Positions 39,909 to 45,883 of a stretch of DNA of 45,883 nt are shown here, in pieces. The stretch is from positions 1-45,883 of the forward strand of contig CALGWV010000018.1 in NCBI GenBank assembly GCA_937936325.1, written 5' to 3'. Numbering within the stretch: the first letter of the stretch is position 1; each line of letters opens with the position of its first letter. The translations under genes and the position numbers were made by a program. The notes below the pieces were generated by a model. It was not told the DNA's origin. It saw only the letters and a program-made list of their open reading frames with translations, and did no database searches. Origin of the DNA: an uncultured Bdellovibrionales bacterium (GTDB taxonomy: Bacteria; Bdellovibrionota; Bdellovibrionia; Bdellovibrionales; UBA1609).

Positions 39909-40068
39909 ATAGACATGATCCACTCATATTGGCGTTGTAGCACCGCCATTCTCAAGATGTAGGCCATATTTTGGGATTTAGCGATATTTTTTTAAATTTT
40001 CTCAACCAAATCTTCATTATTTTTTAACTTCAGGCTAATTTACCGTGCAACAACACCACTCATATTTA

Positions 40069-41523
40069 TTATTTTCTTTTCCAAGTATTAAATTTTTCTA
40101 GCCAAGGAAAAACCCAGTCGGGTTTATTCTTCATTTTCCATTGACCAGCTGCAAACTTATTAGCCTCTCCCATGGTCGGATAGGGATGTATGGTGGACAT
40201 AATTTTGTTTAACCCAAAACCATGCTTCATAGCTGAACTAAATTCCAGTAACATGTCTCCCGCCTTTGAAGCCACAATCGTAGCTCCTAAGATTGTATCC
40301 TTACCTGGGGCCGTCAATACTCGAACCAATCCATGATCTGCCCCGTCGGCAATGGCTCGGTCCAAATCATCAATCCCATAGGTAGTCACTTCCACTGGAA
40401 TATTTTGAGCCTTGGCTTCACTTTCAGTTAAACCCACTGAAGCGACTTCGGGATCTGTGAAAGTGACTTTAGGGACGACTTTATATTCAGCCTTGAATTT
40501 TTTTAATGGTTGGAAGAGGGAATTCGTGGCGCAGAACCAAGCTTGGTGAGCCGCCGTGTGGGTGAACTGAAATGGCCCTGCAACATCCCCGCATGCAAAA
40601 ATATTTTTATATTTCGTAGTTCTTAAGTAAGGATCTACTTTTATGGTTCCGTTTTTATTAAATTCAACCTCAAGCTCTTCAAGCCCAAAACCCTTAGTGT
40701 TAGGGCGACGGCCGAGCGCCATTAAGCACTGGTCAAATTCAACTTCGACAATAGTTCCGTCTGCTTTTTTGGTAATGAGCTTTGGACCTTTTTCAAAACT
40801 ATCTGCAGAATGTCCTGTAAGGACTTCTACACCTTCAGCTCTAAGTTGAGCTTCTATAATTTGAGCCACCTCAGGATCCTCTCCGGCTAAAATATTTGAG
40901 CCCCTTTCAATAATACTGACTTTTGAGCCTAGGCGGGCAAAGCACTGAGCCATTTCACAGCCTATAGGCCCACCACCTAAGACGACGAACCTTTTGGGGA
41001 GTTCTTTAAGTTCCCAGAGGTTGTCCGAGGTGAGATAAGGGACTTGGTCTAAACCTTTAAAAGGGACGACTAAGGGTTTAGCCCCAGTAGCCACGACTAT
41101 ATTCTTAGTGGTTAAAACTTGATCATTCACCTTAACTTCATAGGGGCTTAAAATTTGACCATAACCTGTGAGGCAATCTACCCCTAAAGAAGTATATCGT
41201 TCAATGGAATCATGAGGTTCAATTTTTGAAATTACACTTTGTATGCGAGACATGATTTTTTGAAAATCAAACTGAATGTCCGTATCAGTCAGTCCGTACT
41301 TCGCCGCATTTTTAGATTGATATAAAACTTTGCAGCTTTGAATTAAAGCCTTGCTTGGTACACACCCAGTATTTAGGCAATCGCCTCCCATTTTATGGGC
41401 CTCAACAAGAGCGACTTTGGCTTTAAGTAGTGCCCCAATATAAGAGGTCACAAGCCCGCCACTGCCGGCTCCAAGTATAATCATATTATAATCAGTTTTA
41501 TTAGGTTTTTTGAATTTTTTCAC
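40069..41523 (-). CDS. Class I pyridine nucleotide-disulfide oxidoreductase (MerA/Lpd-like)
   Basis: GAGSGG, GGDCLNTGCVPSK, GGGPIG, IHPYPT; no C-terminal Cys-Cys. Confidence 0.9.
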   Translation of the reverse strand: MKKFKKPNKTDYNMIILGAGSGGLVTSYIGALLKAKVALVEAHKMGGDCLNTGCVPSKALIQSCKVLYQSKNAAKYGLTDTDIQFDFQKIMSRIQSVISKIEPHDSIERYTSLGVDCLTGYGQILSPYEVKVNDQVLTTKNIVVATGAKPLVVPFKGLDQVPYLTSDNLWELKELPKRFVVLGGGPIGCEMAQCFARLGSKVSIIERGSNILAGEDPEVAQIIEAQLRAEGVEVLTGHSADSFEKGPKLITKKADGTIVEVEFDQCLMALGRRPNTKGFGLEELEVEFNKNGTIKVDPYLRTTKYKNIFACGDVAGPFQFTHTAAHQAWFCATNSLFQPLKKFKAEYKVVPKVTFTDPEVASVGLTESEAKAQNIPVEVTTYGIDDLDRAIADGADHGLVRVLTAPGKDTILGATIVASKAGDMLLEFSSAMKHGFGLNKIMSTIHPYPTMGEANKFAAGQWKMKNKPDWVFPWLEKFNTWKRK

Positions 41524-42203
41524 GGAGTTCCTTTGAATTTATAAAATATTTTTTTGATAATAATTGGGGCCACTCCAAGTAAGACCAAAGAGGCTACGAG
41601 GCTTGGGCTTAAAATATCTTTTGGGCTTTCAATAGTTGCCAATTGAGTTCCTGCGTTTACAAACAGGGCAGTGCCAATAAGCATTCCTAACTGACTTACC
41701 CAGTAAAAGCTAAAGACTTTAATGCGTGTGAGAGCCATAAGTATGTTAACCAAAAAAAATGGGACAGCAGGGATGAGTCTTAAGCTAAAAAGGTACATAA
41801 AGCCATCTTTTTCAAAGCCGTCTTGGATAGGTTTTAATTTATGACCAAACTTAGCTTCAACCCAATCTTTCAAAAGAAAACGAGAAAGAATAAAGCATAG
41901 TGTGGCTCCTATAGAGCTTGCGAACGAAGCAATAATCACTCCCTTGAAAAAGCCAAACAAAGCCCCACACAGAAGAGTCATCACTGCTGCTCCTGGTAAA
42001 GAGAGTGCGGCCATAAGCATATAGCTTATAAAAAAGAAAAACATAAAAAATAATGGATTTTCTTTGAATTGGTTTTGGGCTAAGGCTTGGAGCTCTTCGA
42101 TTTTTTCAAAACTCATCCAGTGATGAAAGTCTAAATAGAAAAAAAGTAAAATGAAGAAACCCAAAATAAGGACGATTAAAAGTTGAAAAGTTTTTTTGTT
42201 CAT
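41520..42203 (-). CDS. TVP38/TMEM64 (DedA/VTT) family membrane protein
   Basis: ALSLPGA, GALFG, LRLIPAVPFFLVN, SQLGM. Confidence 0.92.
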   Translation of the reverse strand: MNKKTFQLLIVLILGFFILLFFYLDFHHWMSFEKIEELQALAQNQFKENPLFFMFFFFISYMLMAALSLPGAAVMTLLCGALFGFFKGVIIASFASSIGATLCFILSRFLLKDWVEAKFGHKLKPIQDGFEKDGFMYLFSLRLIPAVPFFLVNILMALTRIKVFSFYWVSQLGMLIGTALFVNAGTQLATIESPKDILSPSLVASLVLLGVAPIIIKKIFYKFKGTP

Positions 42204-42289
42204 GAGTCTTAATTGTGACCTAAATTTTCAAAATAAAAAAGTCAAAGCCAAATAATGAATGAGATTTTATTATATTTTGAGATATTTGT

Positions 42290-42452
42290 GGGCTGCAGAA
42301 GATCCATATTGATTTATAAGTCTCACTTTTAAAGAGCTCGATGTGATTATTGAGTTTATATAAGTCTGAATTTATTTTTTAAATTGGTTGAGTCGGATAC
42401 AGTTCTAATGTTTATTAGGGGCTGCAGAAGATTCAAATTGGTTTTAGAAGTA
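42290..42452 (+). repeat. Two ~30-bp direct repeats resembling the family-2 terminus
   Basis: GGGCTGCAGAAGAT at 42290 and 42419, similarity continuing about 20 bp. Confidence 0.55.
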
Positions 42453-42597
42453 TTAGACTCAACTCAAAATTGAGCAAAGCACAGACTTGGCTTTCCAGAG
42501 GAGTGGCCTTGAGCTGCTTTAGACCCAGAACAGAGTTTTATACTGCTAAAAGAATAAAAATTGGGATCATTTAATTGAAATTAGTTGTCAAAAGAGC

Positions 42598-42626
42598 TTG
42601 CAAAATCGTTTAAGTTTTTTTAAACT
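42598..42626 (+). promoter_or_regulatory. Sigma70-type promoter upstream of folE2
   Basis: TTGCAA-17 bp-TAAACT. Confidence 0.55.
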
Positions 42627-42731
42627 AAATCAGTTTTTTGGTTAGACATTAGGAATTTTTGTATTGGCGGTCTTCCACACTAATTTGGAGACCTAAGCTA
42701 AATAACTCTAATTTACCTGGAGATCTTGGAC

Positions 42732-43658
42732 ATGGATAATTCACTTATTAAAAGCATGCCTGACATCACTAATAATGGAAAGTCTCAAATCGAAGTCCCA
42801 TTAGAAGCTGTTGGAATGTCTGAGGTTGAGACTCTGTTTTCTTATAGTGAGGGGGTAGGATCTTGGACAAATATCCCTGCTGAAGCTTCAATGTATGTGA
42901 ACCTTATTGATCCAAAGGCCAAAGGCATTCATATGTCTCGTCTCTACAGACTTGTCAGTAAACATTTAGCAGCAGGTCCTCTGAGTAGAACTTCAGTAGA
43001 GTCTTTGTTATTAGAGATGATAGAGTCTCAAGATAAAAAAGCAGATTGGAGTGAGTTTAAGATTGAGTTTAAACTTCCACTTGAACGCAAAGCCTTAGTG
43101 AGTGAGCTTAAAGGTTTAAGGCATTATAAGCTTTATCTCTTAGGGTCTAAAAAACTGGGAGAGCCTGCAAAATTGAAATTAGGATTAGAGATTTATTACT
43201 CCAGCACATGTCCTTGCTCGGCAGCGCTTTCCCGACAGCTTGTACAAGAACATTGGAAAAATGAATTTAAATCAAAAGAATCCGTGAGCGTAGATGAAGT
43301 CTTTAAATGGTTGGGCCAAGAGAGCTCAATTGTAGCTACGCCTCACGCACAAAGAAGTACGGCAGAAGTCGAAGTCACTTTAGGTGATGCTCAGAGTTTA
43401 AATTTTGTGGACCTTATTAACAGCACTGAAGCCTGTTTAGGGACTCCTGTTCAATCGGCAGTAAAAAGAGAAGACGAGCAAGAGTTTGCTCGTTTAAACG
43501 CAAGCCAATTGATGTTTTGCGAAGATGCCGCTAGAAAAATTCATAGTTTGCTTGCAGAAAAAAAATTAAAAAAAGAAATCGTCAGCTTTAAAGCCAAGGT
43601 CTCCCATATAGAGAGTTTGCATCCTCACAATGCTGTGGCATTCACAAAAAGCAGTTAA
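42732..43658 (+). CDS. folE2: GTP cyclohydrolase I type IB
   Basis: KGIHMSRL, YSSTCPCSAAL, ATPHAQRS, VKREDEQEFA, ESLHPHNA; GGAG RBS before ATG 42732. Confidence 0.96.
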   Translation: MDNSLIKSMPDITNNGKSQIEVPLEAVGMSEVETLFSYSEGVGSWTNIPAEASMYVNLIDPKAKGIHMSRLYRLVSKHLAAGPLSRTSVESLLLEMIESQDKKADWSEFKIEFKLPLERKALVSELKGLRHYKLYLLGSKKLGEPAKLKLGLEIYYSSTCPCSAALSRQLVQEHWKNEFKSKESVSVDEVFKWLGQESSIVATPHAQRSTAEVEVTLGDAQSLNFVDLINSTEACLGTPVQSAVKREDEQEFARLNASQLMFCEDAARKIHSLLAEKKLKKEIVSFKAKVSHIESLHPHNAVAFTKSS

Positions 43659-43688
43659 AGAAAATGTATTATAAAAAGGTGGTCTGTC

Positions 43689-44195
43689 TTGAATAAATCT
43701 GAAATCCCCCACTTATTAAGAGGGGATCAAAATCCCCCAGAAAAACTCATTGTTCGTGAACCTTTGGTTATCGATGATTTTAAAAGAATCATAAGAGATA
43801 TGGGTTTAAAAGTCACAAAACAAAGAATGGGTATTTTGAAGTCTCTAAACCAAGGGCGTGTACACGTAACCGCACAAGAGGTTTTTGAAGAGGTAAGCCA
43901 AGAGTATCCAGATATGGGTTTTGCCACGGTTTATCGTTTTTTAAGAAAGCTCACTGAGAAAAATTTTGTAACTGAAGTGCGCCTAGGTGGTCAGGCTGCT
44001 CGTTACGAGTTGACCCCAAAACAGCACCATGATCACATAACTTGTGTGAGATGTGGGCGAATTGTTGAGTTTCAAAATTTAGAAATTGAACAGCTACAAG
44101 AAGAAGTCGCAGTAGAAAATGGCTTTCGTCTCACTCATCATGTGCTAGAACTTTATGGCATTTGTGGGGATCCGAATTGTCATCAAACAAATTAA
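43689..44195 (+). CDS. Fur family transcriptional regulator
   Basis: GLKVTKQR, ATVYRFL, HHDHITCVRCG, LYGIC; metal specificity not assignable. Confidence 0.93.
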   Translation: MNKSEIPHLLRGDQNPPEKLIVREPLVIDDFKRIIRDMGLKVTKQRMGILKSLNQGRVHVTAQEVFEEVSQEYPDMGFATVYRFLRKLTEKNFVTEVRLGGQAARYELTPKQHHDHITCVRCGRIVEFQNLEIEQLQEEVAVENGFRLTHHVLELYGICGDPNCHQTN

Positions 44196-45883
44196 ATAAT
44201 CATATACAAATTCGTGGGGCCAAAGAGAACAACCTCAAAAATATCGATGTCGATATCCCACGAAATGCCATCACTGTAGTTGCGGGACTCAGTGGTTGTG
44301 GGAAGTCCTCCTTAGTTTTTGACACCCTTTACGCCGAAGGCCAACGTCGATTTTTAGACTCACTGTCCGTTTATTCCAGACACTTTATTGGGTCTGCTAA
44401 AAAACCAGAGGTTGACTCCATACAAGGACTCACTCCTTCGCTTTCAGTAGATCAGCGTACGACTTCATATAGTCCGAGATCCACAGTGGGGACAGTCAGT
44501 GAAACTCTGGATTACTTAAGACTTCTTTTTGCACGTAAGGCCACTCCCTTATGTCCAAAACATGGTATCAAAGTCCAGTCTCATACTCCCGAGGTTCTAT
44601 GGAGTCGGTTGTTAGAGCAGTTTAAAAATAAAAAAGCCAGAATTTTAGCTCCTGTGGCACAGTCAAAAAAAGGTGAGTTTCAAAAAGAAATCGACTACTG
44701 GGAGAAAAAATCTTTTATTAAAGCCTATATAGATGGTGAATTGAAAGACCTGGCTGACGTTATAAAATTAGAAAAAAACAAAGCTCACGATATATTTTTA
44801 GTAGTGGACCAGGTGCAAATCTTAGAATCTGCCAAGGTGAGAATTATTAAAAGTCTAAAAAAGAGTTTTGAGGTCACCCATGGGCTTGTAGCTATTGAAG
44901 TTCTAGGTGAAGAGATTGAAGTGTTTTCATTAAGCTCTTCTTGCCCGGAGTGTGGATATAGCTTTCCTGATTTAGAGCCAAATCATTTTTCATTCAATAA
45001 CCCAAGGGGTTCTTGTGCTGCTTGTGGTGGCCTAGGGGCTAAAACTATTGAGGCTCAGGATGAAGACGAAGACGACAAAGTTGTCGTCTGTAAAAAGTGT
45101 AAGGGCCAAAGGCTCAATGAGCGCTCACTCAATGTCTTTTTTGAAAATAAAAACATTGCCGATCTTGCTGATGACTCTATTGAAACTCTTTATAGTTGGT
45201 CGGAGCAGATGTTAGCTCATCTCAACTATCAGGACGATATCACCCAACCTATTTTAAAAGAACTCAATTTAAGGTTGGGGTATTTGCTGCGTATTGGAGT
45301 GGGATATTTGAGTTTGTCCCGCCCATCGAGGAGCCTTTCTGGAGGGGAGAGCCAGAGGATTCGCTTGGCTTCTCAACTAGGGGCTTCTTTAGTAGGCGTT
45401 TCGTATATATTAGATGAGCCCTCTATTGGACTCCACCCTAAAGACCACCACAAGCTTCTCAGTGTATTAAAAGAAATAAAAGACAGAGGTAACACCCTTG
45501 TGATTGTGGAGCATGATTTAGAAACCATGAAAATCGCAGATCAGCTTATTGACATAGGACCTGGAGCTGGGGTACATGGCGGAAAGATTGAAGCCGAAGG
45601 CTCCTATTCTAAATTCATTAAGCAGAACTCTTTAACAGGGCAATATTTATCGGGTAAAAAATCAGTCATAAAACCTAGGTCTAAACTTGAGTCTACAAAA
45701 TTTATTTATATTGAAAAAGCTTGCGGACATAATTTAAAAGAGATTTCTGTAGAAATCCCTCAAAATGCTTTAGTCGGTGTGGCAGGCGTTTCTGGGAGTG
45801 GCAAGAGCACCCTGATCATGGACACTTTGTATAAACACGGGGCCCAAGTCTTAAATAAAAACACATCCGTGGAGACTCTGGGT
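44177..45883 (+). CDS. uvrA: Excinuclease ABC subunit A (3' partial; not in ORF track)
   Basis: Manual translation from TTG 44177: IRGAKENNLKNID, GLSGCGKSSL, YAEGQRR, LSGGESQRIRLA, LDEPSIGLH; second Walker A GVSGSGKST in same frame near 45785. Confidence 0.96.
   Translation, partial: MSSNKLNNHIQIRGAKENNLKNIDVDIPRNAITVVAGLSGCGKSSLVFDTLYAEGQRRFLDSLSVYSRHFIGSAKKPEVDSIQGLTPSLSVDQRTTSYSPRSTVGTVSETLDYLRLLFARKATPLCPKHGIKVQSHTPEVLWSRLLEQFKNKKARILAPVAQSKKGEFQKEIDYWEKKSFIKAYIDGELKDLADVIKLEKNKAHDIFLVVDQVQILESAKVRIIKSLKKSFEVTHGLVAIEVLGEEIEVFSLSSSCPECGYSFPDLEPNHFSFNNPRGSCAACGGLGAKTIEAQDEDEDDKVVVCKKCKGQRLNERSLNVFFENKNIADLADDSIETLYSWSEQMLAHLNYQDDITQPILKELNLRLGYLLRIGVGYLSLSRPSRSLSGGESQRIRLASQLGASLVGVSYILDEPSIGLHPKDHHKLLSVLKEIKDRGNTLVIVEHDLETMKIADQLIDIGPGAGVHGGKIEAEGSYSKFIKQNSLTGQYLSGKKSVIKPRSKLESTKFIYIEKACGHNLKEISVEIPQNALVGVAGVSGSGKSTLIMDTLYKHGAQVLNKNTSVETLG

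Noticed and set aside
40069-41523. Mercuric reductase MerA call
   Set aside because: No N-terminal metal-binding domain, no C-terminal Cys-Cys, no mer genes nearby.
42251-42278. Fur/Zur box candidate
   Set aside because: AT-rich with poor dyad symmetry.
1595-43927. Other short ORFs nested in or antisense to recognised genes
   Set aside because: Overlap well-supported CDSs and show no motifs of their own.
45196-45417. 73-aa ORF
   Set aside because: Out-of-frame shadow within uvrA.

Overview
AT-rich bacterial chromosome segment; gene content and the many orphan secreted proteins suggest a Bdellovibrionota-like organism (inference). Housekeeping genes: nrdR (partial), RsmB-type methylase, dihydroorotase, orn, rimO, recG, lysS, class I aldolase, MFS transporter, carD-gltX, uvrB, uvrC, Slt transglycosylase, oppABC, DedA + disulfide reductase, folE2-fur-uvrA (partial). 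No rRNA, tRNA, CRISPR array or transposase was recognised. The most unusual content is intergenic. (1) Three 150-225 bp rod-like palindromes (7262-7414, 37650-37873, 39714-39908) share a ~80-nt core with compensatory changes but have long arms unrelated to each other. (2) A TA-flanked MITE-like family with 26-bp terminal inverted repeats. (3) A further MITE-like family, one piece apparently nested in a decayed family-2 copy. Protein-level oddities: an ankyrin-subtilase fusion with a probable CTG start, a UvrA lacking the insertion domain, a UvrC lacking the C-terminal HhH domain, and a Cys-module protein with a charged tandem repeat.
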